This document shows positions 24,468 through 38,590 of a stretch of DNA of 64,000 nucleotides, piece by piece. A model generated the notes under the pieces. That model was not told where the DNA came from. It saw only the letters and a list, made by a program, of their open reading frames with translations, and did no database searches. The position numbers and the translations under genes are program-made. Numbering within the stretch: position 1 is the first letter of the stretch; each line of letters opens with the position of its first letter. This DNA comes from Octopus sinensis (Eukaryota): positions 94,550,001-94,614,000 of the forward strand of contig NC_043003.1 in assembly GCF_006345805.1 (NCBI RefSeq). Direction: 5' to 3'.

Positions 24468-26429
24468 AACAACAAACAAGATGAGGACAAATATCTGTCA
24501 AGTGTAAATAATGTTAGCAGTATTGCTGTTTTGTACAGACGAATTTTCACCTCTATACTTCTGTTATTGCTACACCAAAGTGTTGTCAGCGATATCAGGG
24601 AAGAGGGTAAGTTGATCACATCTTCCCTAGTCCTCAACTGGTATTTTTTTCAGTGACCCTGAAAGGATGAAAGGTTAAGTTGACCTCTGTGGAATTTGAA
24701 CTCTGATCATAAAGTCAGAAGAAATGCCACTAAGCATTTTGTCCAGCATGGTAAAGATTCTGCCAGCTTATATTCATGAACACTAATATTACACATCCAG
24801 AAAGTCTAAAACTGTGATCTGCATTCACTGCCCACATCTCACGACCCTGCAGTATCACAGTTTACCTTCTATCTTTTTCGCTTTTACTTGTTTCAGTCAT
24901 TGGACTGCAGCCATGATGGGGTACCACCCTGAAGGGTTTTAAGTCAAACAAATTGACCCCCACCCACTCATTACTTATTTCTAAGTCTGGTACTTATTCT
25001 GTTGGTTTCTTTTGACAAACTGCTAAGTTACAGGAGTGTAAACAAACCAGCACTGGTTGTCAAGTTACGGCAGGGAGAAATACAAATGTGCATGCATGTG
25101 CACACACACACACACACACACACAAACGCATGCACATGCATATATACACAAACACACAATTTCTGCCTACCAAATGCACTTACAAGCCAGTGATCACCTT
25201 GGGGACTATAGTAGAAGACACTTGCCCAAGGTGCCATGCAGTGAAGCCAAATCCATTATGCTCTCTATTACACTTTCACTATGAAAGGTGGTGTCTATAC
25301 TTACATATTCGCCATGCTCCTTGTCGGTCACTTTTCTTATATGAATATCAGCAATAATGATTCAAGTTCTTGTACTTCTCCAAATACATCAGCTCCCTTT
25401 ATCATTCTCCTAATTTCTTGAACTACCAGCATCTATTTAAGCATATTTCATCATGTTCTGAGAACATATAACCCATTCCGACCCCTCTCAGAAATCATTA
25501 TATCTGATGACTTAAGCTACCCTGTGAAAAACAAGCCTTTTGCATTCATCAATTCTCTTCACTAAACTATCTTATCCCACCCACACATCCTAAACCAGTC
25601 ACAGTCAAACTACAGCCTAAATGGATTTCTGAATGGCATGCCTAATATAAAATTACCTTGAATTTTTTTTTAAGTGAATGGCTTGTTTGATGGTGAATTA
25701 TGTCTCATGCAGCTCACTCCTTGAAAAAGGTTGCCCATACCTGTCCTAGACCATAGATGTGCCAAATACCCTAAATTTCCCAGCATGGCCGAGTGGTAAG
25801 AAGCTGGGTTCAGTCCCTCTGCATGGCACCTTGGGAAAATGTCTTCTACTAATGCCTTGGGCCAACCAAAGCTTTGTGAGTGGATTTGGTAGAGAGAAAC
25901 TGAAAGAAGCAAGGTGGTGAGCCGGCAGAAATGTTAACATGCCGGGGTAAATGCTTATTGGTATTTCATCTGTCGCTACTTTCTGAGTTCAAATTCTGCT
26001 GAGGTTGATTTTGCCTTTCATCATTTCAGGGTCGATTAAATAAGTACCAGTTATGCACTGGGGTCGATATAATCGACTTAATCCATTTGTCTGTCCTTGT
26101 TTGTCCCCTCTGTGTGTAGCCCCTTGTGGGCAGTAAAGAAATAAGAAACTGAAAGAAGCCTTTTATATATATATGTGTATGTGTCTTTGTCAGTGTTTGC
26201 TCTCCATCACCACTTGACAATCAGTATTGATGTAATTATGTCCCCATAACTTAGCAGCTCAGCAAAACAGACCAACAGAATAAGTAGCAGGCTTTACAAA
26301 AAAAAAACAAGTGCTGGAGTGAATTTTTTCCGCAAAAATGCTTCAATTCCCCAGCATGGCCACAGTTTAATGAGTGAAACAACTAAAATATAAACACTGA
26401 AAGATAAACCTAATTGCTACCAACCTATG

Positions 26430-26960
26430 TCTGTCGTTACCCCTATGAGGTTGTCCAACCACACTCCTCATCAGTGGTACCCAAAACACATCCACATAAC
26501 AGAGAAGTTGCCCTTTCTTCAACACTCCATGACACTTCAAGTCAGCTGACTCTTTGAAGCTCTACCAAGTGTAGGCCACTTACACTTAGTGCTTTATGTG
26601 CTTCCCTCTTGTAACACCCAGAAACAGCTTGGCTGTCCTTTTGAATAAATCCCTATATGTCCCACACAAAACAAAGACCAAATGCACTAAGTCTCCCAAG
26701 TGGTTTGCTCATATTTTGTTGCTGGTCTTTAGGCAAAACATTTAGACTCACATCTGCAAAAATCTTCCTGCATTCTCTAAAACAGGACTATGTTGCTTAT
26801 CCAGTAACGCAATTCCTGCAAGACCTCATTCCAAACTGCCAAAAAATTTCTTTGTGCATTGTGCAGCCATCAAGCTGTTTCACCTTCCAAACTGCAGCTG
26901 ATCCTTTTGATCTTTTAGCAAAAGAATATCCACAAACTTTGCAAACAAATTCCATCTGAC
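26430..26960 (+). mobile_element. decayed LINE-like coding remnant (clade uncertain)
   Basis: Stop-riddled LINE-like translation in a GC-richer segment. Confidence 0.3.
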
Positions 26961-27024
26961 TCATGCAAGCATAAAAGAAGTGGCTGTTAAAACAATCTTG
27001 ATGTTGGTGATGATGATGATGATT

Positions 27025-27067
<43 letters not shown>

Positions 27068-27726
27068 CAGTGACGACGATGATGATGATGACAATGATGA
27101 TTATGAATATGCCCGTGTGTGAATGTGTGCGTGTATATCTGTGTATGCATGTGTAATTAGGTAAATAAATACACACTCATACATCACATATAGTGCCATG
27201 TATATGTGTGTGTGTGTGTGTGTGTGCATGTGTGCATGCATGCGTGTGTGTGTGTGTATGTGTGTGTGTGTGTACATATATTTCACACACACACACAAAA
27301 AAAGAAAGAGTGAGATAGCAATCCAAAGAGGAAGCTGTTCACAGGAAAAACCTCCTACATGAAAGGATATGAAAAGAGAAAGGAGTGGAAAACAGAGCAA
27401 CAGTGAGATAACAACAACAACACTTCTATCAGTTACAACAGTAACAACAACATAACTCTATATATCAGCACTTATCTAGTTACAGAATCCACAAAAAGTG
27501 CTTATGCTTGTCACTCAATTTGCTAGAAATGGCAGACAAATCTTTTACATCACACTTCTTTCCAAATGTAAGTAGGAAGAACATGTTGGATAACATAGTT
27601 CTGATACACAGAATGACAGGATGGTCACAATTGGAATATTTTTGATCATAGATTTGTTTCATCAAGAGTGTTTTAGGAACTCAAAAAACAACTATAACAA
27701 CAATAACATTCAATTCATTAATAATG

Positions 27727-27755
27727 CCTAACCCTAACCCTAACCCTTACCCTAA
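27727..27755. repeat. short telomere-like (CCCTAA)n tract
   Basis: CCTAACCCTAACCCTAACCCTTACCCTAA. Confidence 0.7.
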
Positions 27756-28373
27756 AACCTTAAAGCTAAAACCAGTACAAATGCATGAACGATGTCATAA
27801 ATAACAGTGACAAACAAAATATGCACCGCCAATAGGTGTTGTTGACAAACAGCGGCAGTAATTTTATTCAGCTTAATACACGTCATTGATTGGTCGAAAT
27901 TACCAAAATATGACTACTTTAACACGAAATAACTTCGTAAACAAACTTTTCTCAAAAACGCTAAGAGTAAAAAATGCTTTATATGACACATTCTACCGGT
28001 GCCGAAGTTTGAAAGTGCTTAGTTACAAAAAATTATTTTCTAAATCTGCCAGTCAAAAGGTAAAGATCCATGGTGGTTTCCATTATAGGTACAAGGCAAG
28101 CAATTTTGAGGGGTTGGGGTGGTGATTTTAGTCAATTTTAATTTATTGAACCCAGTACCAGTACTTTATGGGGTGTAGCTACATAAATGTGCCCCATACC
28201 CCACCAAATTTGTTTCCTCATAACTTTCAGAGAAATGGATAATTTTTCATGAAATTTTCTACAAATACCTTTCAGATGGAGTAGATTATAATTTATAGTG
28301 GAATTTAAATTGAAAAATCAAATGGTAGGCAAGTGTACAAACATACAGATACTCATCACATGTATATATATAA

Positions 28374-28437
<64 letters not shown>

Positions 28438-28558
28438 GTATATATATATGTATATATATGTGTATATATATATATGCATTTTACCCTTTTCTAATGTCTC
28501 CTCTTTTACCCTTTTCTAATGAGCTACAGTAAGCCGGAACATTATTATTATCTTAGAC

Positions 28559-28700
28559 CAGTGGTTCTCAACCATGGTCCATATCACCCTTAGGGGTCTA
28601 TATTAGATTTTAGTGTTAAAATTTATGTGCATTGAGTTGGTTACACTTCTACAATACACAGAATATTTTAACAATTTCTATGCAATTCCTAATATTTAAT
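28559..28700 (+). mobile_element. hAT (Charlie-like) terminal fragment
   Basis: Starts CAGTGGTTCTCAACC. Confidence 0.5.
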
Positions 28701-28925
28701 TCCTCCTCTGGAGTATCTCCATTTCAGCCACTTTTCATGATCATATTCTTTTCAGTCATTACCAAAGATTCTTGACCATAGTGAAGGGTTGGCATGAACA
28801 CCATACGGAAGACAGAAAGTCTGGCTTTTACACCCACCTTTTTTTCTTCTGAAGATTGAATGCTTAAGCATCTTAATAGAATAAAAAAGGACAAATCAAA
28901 TAATGAAACTTGAGATAAACTATAT
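28700..28925 (-). mobile_element. RTE LINE fragment
   Basis: KARLSVFRMVFMPTLHYGQESLVMTEK, typical of the RTE post-RT region. Confidence 0.6.
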
Positions 28926-29445
28926 CTAGGAAAGATCATAAGCCTATTTAGTCAGTGCTGTTTCGGGGGTAAACAGCCACAACAATCTAGATTATGTGAT
29001 ATGATAATCAGTTAGCTCAATACTTTCAGAGTATAGAGATTTTACATGTGTTTTTACACTAAGCATTTAACAATAAGTTAAGATCAATGACACGTTTCCA
29101 TAGTTTCTTTTATAGGAACAAAATTTCAAGTTTTATTTACTACTTTTTCCTACTTTCATTTAAAAAATCTTTTTTGTAATCCTAAATCACATGACTCCAT
29201 TTAAAGGATGTTATTGGCAAGAATTTTTGTGTAATTTAGATGACAGTTTATTCACTGCACCCTGCATATATAAATGCATGTACATGTGTGTGTGTGTATA
29301 TATATATATCCACACACACAAGTAATCACTTAAATACAAAACAAGGTGGAAAACAAATAGTACTCAAATACAAAAAGTAGAGTAATATGCTTTTATTAAA
29401 GCTGCAAAATTCTCAAAACTGTGAAACTCTAGGCTTTAGTAAAAG

Positions 29446-29483
<38 letters not shown>

Positions 29484-29489
29484 ATATAT

Positions 29490-29900
29490 ACTCCTTACTC
29501 TTTTACTTGTTTCAGTCATTTGACTGTGGCCATGCTGGAGCACCGCCTTTAGTCGAGCAACTTGACCCGGGGACTTATTCTTTGTAAGCCCAGTACTTAT
29601 TCTATCAGTCTCTTTTGCCGAACCGCTAAGTGACAGGGACATAAACACACCAGCATCGGTTGTCAAGCAATGCTAGGGGGACAAACACAGACACAGACAC
29701 ACAAACACACATGCACACATATATATATATATATATATATACATATATACGACGGGCTTCTTTCAGTTTCCATCTACCAAATCCACTCACAAGGCTTTGG
29801 TCAGCCCGAGGCTATAGTAGAAGACACTTGCCCAAGGTGCCACGCAGTAGGACTGAACCCGAAACCATGTGGTTGGTAAGCAAGCTACTTGTCACACAGA
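29490..29900 (-). mobile_element. SINE family A, near full length
   Basis: Core and tail are highly similar to 3215-3620. Confidence 0.85.
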
Positions 29901-30909
29901 ATTGAAAATATTTGGTGTCAAGAAGAAGGAGTATGGTTGGACATCTATTTTCAATTGTTTCTACACAATGTAGTTCTCCAGGCATGCAGGTACTTGACTA
30001 TGCAACCGCTTTCCTCCATTATGAGATCTAGTTGTGTATCCTCAGGTGATATGTAAATATTGTCTCCGTAAGTCTAAAGTTTTGGCTTCAAGAACATCCT
30101 CTCTGTCCAACCATACTCCTTCTTGTTAACTCCAATTTTTGTCAATTATCTATTCATACATGAAAAAAGCCCAAATGCAAACTTGGAAGTACACATAATA
30201 CTACTACTGGATAGCACAGGGTGAAATCTGAAGGTGGATGAGCTTTATATTGTATTCTACTATAATAATGATAATAATAATAAAACATTGTGTACAGTGC
30301 TCAGCTGCACTACAACTCATCTAAAGTGTATGTATAGTACATAGGGTAATGTACAAGCATCAGGAAAAGAACAGTGCATGAGTCATGACATACACATATG
30401 TGTATAAGTATGGAAGGGGGACAATCAGATGTAGTTTCGGCATAGTTATGGTATATTCTAATACACTATAACTACACACACACACACACCACACACATAT
30501 TCTCCAAACCAGTGAAGTGGACAAGTTCTCCTTAGGGTTTCTCTCAATATCAAAATAAAGTATATACTTTTTATAATCGTGTATTTAAACCTTGCTCATC
30601 CTGTATGTATTTTGGGAATATTCTCGATATAAGCACTGCCTCATATTGTCTTGTCTAACCCATATATGTCTCTATGGAAATACAGACATAAAAGTAATGC
30701 TGCTGGTGATGATGATATATAAGTGTGTGTGTATGTGTGTGTGTGTGTGTGCGCGCACATATGTTTAGCTAGTTCCATGATAAAATGGACCCAGCTCATG
30801 CTCTAAAGTGGTTGGTGACAGGAAGGGCATTTTAATGGCTAAAACCATAGAATGAACAAAACTACATCAAAGATGAACAGTCCCTCTGTTGCTGCGAGTA
30901 CTAGACAAT

Positions 30910-31495
30910 GTGTGCTAACATCATGGTAATGATGATGATGGTGGTGATGATGATGATGATGATGATGACGATGGTGATGAGTATGACGATGGTAATGCTA
31001 ATGATCATGGTAAGGATGAAAACAACTATGATGAGGATGACAATGATGACAATGATAATGATAACAGTGGTGGCAGTGGTGATGGTGGTGGTTGTGGTGA
31101 TAGTGAAAATGTCAACAATGATGACAAAAGCTACAATTATGATGATGAAGATGATGATGACAATGATGATTATGGTTAGGGTTTGATAATGGCGATGACT
31201 ACAACGATGATTGTACTGCTGATGACGATGATGGTGGTGGTGGTCGTGGTGGTCGTGGTCGTGGTCGTGGTGGTGCTGGTGCTGGTGCTGGTGCTGGTGT
31301 TGGTGGTGCTGGTGGTAGTGGTGCTGGTGGTGCTGGTGGTGCTGGTGGTTTTGGTGGTGGTGATGCTGGTGCTGGTGGTGTTGGTGGTGCTGGTGGTTTT
31401 GGTGGTGCTGGTGGTTTTGGTGGTGGTGATGCTGCTGGTGGTGGTGATGCTGGTGGTTTTGGTGGTGATGATGATGATGATAGTGATATTGTGTA
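30910..31495. repeat. compound (GAT)n/(GGT)n/(GGTGCT)n simple repeat
   Basis: Visible periodic sequence; explains the Pro-, Thr- and Val-rich ORFs. Confidence 0.9.
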
Positions 31496-32869
31496 CAGTA
31501 CAGATCTCCAACATAGTTGCTTTAGCAACACAGAAGATTTATACACATAATCCATTTTGGAAAATATTAAAGATAGAACAAACAAATACAAGATACAATC
31601 ACATAAGAATGATTTCTTTTGACAAGACACAAAACCAAATATAGTATAATAGATATTTACTCTCCATAGAAAACGCTTGATAGATTTGTCTGCATCACAA
31701 CAAAATCTAACACATCTCTATCCATCACCAAGCATGACTTCCATTCTGAAATTATTGGCATCACAATGCTACCCTACTTTCATATTGTGTCAGATATAAC
31801 TTATAGGAAAAGGAAAGAAGCATAGACAAGGTTTGCGAGTATGTATGACATCACAGTATGTACCATATATTTGTTGATTGTACTGGGTACCAATGTATAA
31901 TGCGGGCGTGGTAATAGGTACAGGTGTGGTATTGATGCAGGCATGGTATGAGCACAGGTATGGTATAGGTGCAGGCATACCTGTTTCTTTACTACCCACA
32001 AGGGGCTAAACACAGAGGAGACAAACGGATTAAGTCGATTACATCAACCCCAGTGCGTAACTGGTACTTAATTTATCGACCCCGAAAGGATGAAAGGCAA
32101 AGTCGACCTGTGTGGTAAGAAGTTTGCTTTCCGACCACATAAGTCTAGGTTCAATTCCACTGCATGGCACCTTAGGCAAGTGTTTTGATGCAGGCATGGC
32201 TGTATGGTAAGAAGTTTTCTTCCCAACCACATGGTTCCAGGTTCATTCCTATTGCATGGTGCCTTGGGCAAGTGTCTTCTATTACAGCCTTGGGCTGACC
32301 AAAGCCGTGTGTGTGTGCATGTGTGTGTGTATGTGCATGTGTGTGCATGTGTGCACATGTGTGAGTGCATATGTATATACGTGTGTGTCTGTGTGTGTGT
32401 ATGTATGTATTTGTGTGTGTGCCTTTGGTGTCTTTGTTGGGTATATTTCCATGACTTAGCATTTTGGCAAAAAAGACTAATAGAATAAGTACCAGGCTTT
32501 AAAAATAAGTGATGCTGTCACCATCATGCAAGCAGTGTCCTTCATTCAACTCCCATGAAAATATGTCTTGTCATGGGGAAATATTACCTTACTTGGAAAC
32601 AGATGAGGGTTCGCAACCAAAATGGCATCCAGCTATAACAAATCTGCCTCAGCAAAATTCCATCTAATCCATGCAAGCATGAAAAAATGGACAGTAATGT
32701 AGTCTCAATCAGATATAGATAGAGCAGAGAGAGCTGCACCAGTAAGTCAGCTGTTACTCCTTTTCTGCTAAGAAAACTGGGTCCTCATGAATTTCAAGTG
32801 TCTTTTATTACAAAGACACAATGTGCCGCTCAGCCCAGAAATTGAATTTACTGCTTTATTATCAATATA

Positions 32870-33115
32870 CCTATTTCTTTACTACCCACAAGGGGCTAAA
32901 CACAGAGGGGACAAACAAGGACAGACAAATGGATTAAGTCGATTATATCAACTCCAGTGCGTGACTGGTACTTCTTTAATCAACCCCGAAAGGATGAAAG
33001 GCAAAGTCGACCTCGGCGGAATTTGAACTCAGAACATAGCAGCAGACGAAATACTAGTAAGCATTTCACCCGGCGTGCTAATGATTCTGCCAGCTCGCCG
33101 CCCTAGCCAGCTCAC
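32870..33115 (-). mobile_element. SINE family B, full length
   Basis: Reverse complement of the 456-692 family from head to tail. Confidence 0.85.
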
Positions 33116-33554
33116 TGCCCTTTTATTATCAATATACCAACACCCTAACACTGTGCGATATACCTTCACTATATCTTACCTCGTTTTTCCTCTGGTTTCT
33201 TCTGATCAGTGCCATAGCAAGTTGAGAGTTCTTCTGGGCAGGTTGTTGGTCTTTCAAAGAATAATCAGATGATGGGGCTGCCATTTTGGCAACAGGTCAC
33301 TGTGCCATGGATCATCGCTCGTCTGGAAACCTCCTGAGAGACTGGCCACCAGCCTAGGATGGCTCTACCAGGAGCAAAGCCCCAAACAGTGACATTCTCT
33401 CCGGTCTATGGAACATGCAAGCCCCCTCACAATGACAAAGCCAAACCCAGGAGGGGTAACTTATCTAGATAGAGAAAAAATATAGATAAGGAGCCATAGC
33501 TGTCACTCACAAACAGGTATGACTTAATGGCATGGATCATGCTTTTGCTAATTT

Positions 33555-33790
33555 TTTATTTCTTTACTACCCACAAGGGGCTAAACATAGAGGGGACAAA
33601 CAAGGACAGGCAAATGGATTAAGTCGATTACATCGACCCCAGTGCGTAACTGGTACTTATTTAATCGACCCCGAAAGGATGAAAGGCAAAGTCGACCTCG
33701 GCGGAATTCGAACTCAGAACGTAAAGGCAGACGAAATACCGTTAAGTATTTCGCCCGTCGTGCTAACGTTTCTGCCAGCTCACCGCCTTT
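33555..33790 (-). mobile_element. SINE family B, full length, CpG-rich (young)
   Basis: Highly similar to 32870-33115. Confidence 0.85.
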
Positions 33791-34527
33791 TGCTAATTGT
33801 TTTAGTTTCAAATCCCTATGTAGTCACAAACATGGGTGTAGACACCCTCTTGGATATCCCACATTTGAACCTATGGAACATCAAAGAAGTGATAACTGGA
33901 AGGAGAGTGAGCTGCACCAACAGTCAGTTATTATTGATTTCCAGCTAAGTAGGCTGTGAAATAGCTATAATTGAAATGCTTTTGGTCATAGGCCTCATCA
34001 ATCATTAGGTCTCATCAATCATTGTTGACCTGTGGCTAAATAACAGTAACAACACCATCAACGACAATAATAAGTGACAATTAATAAGAGTGTATCTATT
34101 GCAGGAGTGGGCTTGCTTGAAATAGCAGCTACATCTTCTTCAAATAATATGTTGCTGTCTAAAAAGGGACGGTTCTATGTACTTGCTTGACCTGCAAGAA
34201 ATAATAACTGAATCTACCTTAAATCACACACCATACCATCTTAAAAGTAAGAAAAATAATAATGTCTGAAAAATGATGGAAAGGTCATGGCTGGAGCCCC
34301 TTAGATTATAGTCATATTCTGTTATATTCTACCAATGATGACTTGGCATTTCATGACCACAAAGCAATCATTTTATTAGATATAATGAAGATTCTTTTAT
34401 GATTCTCCATTACAGCTGATTAATAGCTAATCCTTATAATCATTATAGCTAATCCTCCTTATCACTAATGAGAAATATTTTATTACTTTATCATGTGTAT
34501 AAGATTACTATAGCACATATAACTATC

Positions 34528-34569
<42 letters not shown>

Positions 34570-34984
34570 GAGTAGAGTAATTTGATTACTTGTCTTAATA
34601 TATACACAAAGAAAGGCGGCAAGCTGACAGAATCATTAGCACACTGCTTGGCAGCATTTTGTCCATCTTTACATTCTGAGCACAAATTCTGCCAAGGTAG
34701 ACTTTACCTTTCATCCTTTCAAGGTCATTAAAATAAGTACCAGTTGAGCTCTGGTTAAGAAACAAACATCTTACCTACACAGCGATATCTTTTGGAGTTG
34801 ATAATTAAGGTGAGAGAGCTGGTATCCCTGGATCTCTGAAATGATCTTATTATGCAAACTTTAATTTTCTGTTTTATAAACATACACTTATACATAGACA
34901 CACAAAAAATTATGTATATGTATACATATGCATACATACACATATGCATACATCCATATAGATATACATGCAAGCAGAGATATA

Positions 34985-35250
34985 AATATATATGCATACA
35001 TACATACATACATACATACATACATACATACATACATACATACATACATACATACATACATACATACATACATACGTACGTACGTACATACATACATACG
35101 TATGTACGTACATACATACATATGTACGTATATACATACATACATACATATGTACATATATACATACGTACATACATACACATATACATATACATTCATT
35201 CATACACATATACATATATATACAAGCATACAAACATACACTCATACATA
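34985..35250. repeat. (TACA)n microsatellite
   Basis: Long tetranucleotide tract. Other tracts: (GATA)n at 39877-40020, 55533-55590 and 58326-58500; (GAA)n at 47161-47267; (TTC)n at 2237-2300. Confidence 0.95.
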
Positions 35251-37934
35251 CATAGAGACACACTCTCAGCTTCATATCTAATTATTATTGGAGCAGCAAG
35301 ATATAGACCAACTCATCTGGATCAAAGCATGGCTGAACTTGAGATCTTGTGGCGAGAATGCAACTCCTTAATTTTTACACTACAAATGATCACAATATCT
35401 GGGACAATAAAAGTTAGCAGTACCTAAGCATTTAAAGGATCATGAACAAAACAAGATACTTTCCTTTACAATCTTGCAATTAAGCTGACAGCTAATAAGT
35501 GATGCAGGTAGTTTAGTCTATGCATCTGCAATTCTGAGCATGCAAAACTGTTTCTGATTGACATGGATGCTGGGCTGTTTTCTGATTTTGCAAGTATGCC
35601 AATGGGTGTAAAACAGCTGGAATTCACAGGGTAGAATTGAACCGGATCACACGATCGGCAAGTGAACTTTTTAACCATTTGGCTATGCAGCATCCATTCA
35701 TACAGACGTGTATATTTACATATGTATAGACATAAGCATACATACACGCACAGATATAGATGCATTGTGCTTGCATATCCACCTACATACTATATAGAAA
35801 CAAACACATATACATATGCACATATAGTGGCTAATCTCATTAATTGTACTATCATTTATTACATGCTTCATGAACATAATAGCATGCATATATCTATAAG
35901 CATATGCACACACATACACAGATGCACACAAATATTCATATACATACATGCATACATACATACATACTTTTCTACATACATACATATATACATACATACA
36001 TACATGTATACATACATACATGCATACATATCATCATCATCATCATCGTTTAACGTCCGTTCTCCATGCAAGCATGGAATGTATATATGTATGTATATAT
36101 ATATATAAATATATGTGTGTGTGCATGTGTATGTGTGTAAGTGTGTGTGTATGTATATAGAGAATATATGTATGTGTATATATACATATATGTATTTTTG
36201 TATGTATATATGTGTGTTTGCATGTGTGTGTGTATATGTATGTATGTATGTATGTATGTATGCATGCATGCATGCATGCATGTATGTATGTATGTATGTA
36301 TGTATGCATGTATGTATGTATGTACCAACTCTGTTGACTTATTATATAATGTTTCATTATATGCCTGGCTGAAGATTAATATAATTCCGTCTGAGCTGTG
36401 TAATCTGATAACATATTGACACACCTGTACTTTGCCAATTTCTTTTGAAATTCTTCTAATAATATTCTTCATTGTAAAGCTGGTATGTAGTTAAAAATGG
36501 TTGAGTGCTGGACTAATTGTACAATAATATTTAGTTTCATTCCTCTACGTTCCGATTTTAGACCCTATGATTATTGACTTTAGCTTTGTGGCGTTGAAAA
36601 CCATTATTACAGAAATTTACTACTTCTTAATATTATTGGTGCTTTAAAGGTGATGAAATGGAAGAATCGCTAGCATATCTGACAAAAATGCTTAGTGGTA
36701 ATTCTTCTAATTCACTATATTCTGAGTTCAAATTCTGACATGGTCAACTTTGTTGTTCACCCTTTCTGGGTTGATAAATCAAAGTACCACTTAAGTACTG
36801 GAGTAAATTCTAATGACTTGCCCTTCCTTTCAAAATTGCTGGCCTTATGCCAAAATTAGAAAGAAAAATATTATTGACTGATACACGGTCATTCAACCTG
36901 CTAGAAATAGCAGCTACAAGTCCCTTAAATATCACTGTACCATCTTAAAAATATGTTATTCATCTATGTTGTCCCAGACACAAATACAGCTAGAAGAAAA
37001 GGGAGAATGTCATGACAGAAACACCTTTTATTTTGCATGCTTAATCAGTGTAGACCTGGGTTAAACAATAAGAAAAATGAGTGGCTCTTTTTTTATTAGT
37101 AATGATGCAATTTATTGGAGAGGAAGATGAGATTGTGTGATATTCATGCTTTTCCTAGTTTTCTGAATTACCTTTAAATTAACAACCAAAAGATTTGAAG
37201 TTTGTGCCTATTGAAAAGCTTTCTATCCCTGTATCTGGAAGGAAAATGCTTATTAACTAACTTAAGGACAGCTTTAATATGCAGGACTTCACACTAATGG
37301 AGAAAGGGGATGTGAACCAAATTACAGTGCATCAGCATTGTTTTTGGCTGGTCCTTGTTGAGAGTGTTGTAAGTGAAATTCTCTTTAAATCCATTTGCTG
37401 CAGGGGCATTGTTATAATAGGAGCTACCCTATCAAAACATATCTTTATGAGAAGACAGGCTCAATGTCTTTTTGCTTACTCCCTTAACTAGTAATTAAGT
37501 AGCAAGGGATAGGTGACAAGCCCCGGTGTTAATTGTAGGCCATCATCTCTCTGGGCTTACTGTGAGGTTAATACAAATGAGCAGCTAAATCTGTTACATT
37601 CAAGAAGTTGGCTATGCTTAAGTTTGTTTTTATAGTGATACTAAACACAAATCATTTGAATAAGTGGATGTGTGTGCATGTGTGTGTGTGTGTGTATTCT
37701 TCTTTAACAAAGCAAGTATTGACAGTGACTCCAACGTTTGACCCACCTAAACCATCATTGGACTGTCCAATCATAGCTTAACTGGCTGAAACTTCAAAGT
37801 CACTGTCAATACTACTTGCTAAACAATAATAAATATGTACTCTAGCAAAGGTATTGAGTACTCCTTCAATTTAATATAAAATCGTTTTTATTATAACGTA
37901 AAATCAAGCATTAATATGTATGTGTGTATATATA

Positions 37935-37970
<36 letters not shown>

Positions 37971-38203
37971 TGTATGTATGTATGTATGTATATACTTTTA
38001 TTCTTTTACTTGTTTCAGTCATTTGACTGTGGCCATGCTGAAGCACTGCTCTTTAATTGAATAAATTGACCCCAGAACTTATTCTTTGTAAGCCTAGTAC
38101 TTATTCTATTGGTCTTTTTTGCCGGGCTGTAAGCACACCAACATCGGCTGTCAAGTGATGGTTGGGGGACAAACACAGACACACAAATATATATTTATAT
38201 ATA

Positions 38204-38590
38204 TTGGGTTGTCCGGATAGTTTGTGCTGATTTTTAAAGGAATGAAAAAGGTCAATAAATACTTGCCATTACTTTTTTAATCAACCAAATATGAACCATT
38301 TTGTTGCACAATGCGCCTCCATCTTTCCTTTAACTTAAAATACCCTCTTCCCAGAACTGAGGTGGTTTCATGGCAAAGAATTCATCAAGATATCTTTTTA
38401 TGTCATCCAAGGAATTGAAATTTTTACTGTTAAGACTATTCTGTAGAGACCTGAATAAGTGGAAATCCGAAGGAGCAATATTTGGTGAATATGGAGGCTG
38501 GGGTAACACATTCTAGCCGAGCTGCAGCAATTTTTGTCTGATTCCCAAAGCATCAAGTGCCGAAAATGAACTTTCTTATCTTCCATTTAA
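38204..38590 (-). mobile_element. mariner (DD34D-type) 3' remnant
   Basis: TA-TTGGGTTGTCCGG terminus; translation PPYSPNIAPSDFHLFRSLQNSLNSKNFNSLDDIKRYLDEFFAMKPPQFWEEG. Confidence 0.85.

Larger units (their letters stand above)
23815..24515 (+). mobile_element. 5'-truncated Penelope-like element with inverted pLTR
   Basis: Inverted partial terminal repeat (23815-23982), GIY-YIG C-terminal coding remnant (23994-24248), then a direct terminal repeat with an HHR motif. Confidence 0.8.

Noticed and set aside
26797-26990. FVCKVCGYSFAKRS looks like the start of a C2H2 zinc finger
   Set aside because: There are no HxxxH ligands, the ORF is driven by a (CAT)n repeat, and the opposite strand looks LINE-derived.
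30908-31644. Pro-, Thr- and Val-rich ORFs resembling mucin or extensin
   Set aside because: All frames derive from one GGT/GCT/GAT simple repeat, with no splice or context support.
34755-36472. Many long ORFs rich in H/T/Y/I or C/V/M (also at 40587-41586 and 59982-63806)
   Set aside because: They are translations of (TACA)n, (CA)n and (TA)n microsatellites that happen to lack stops.
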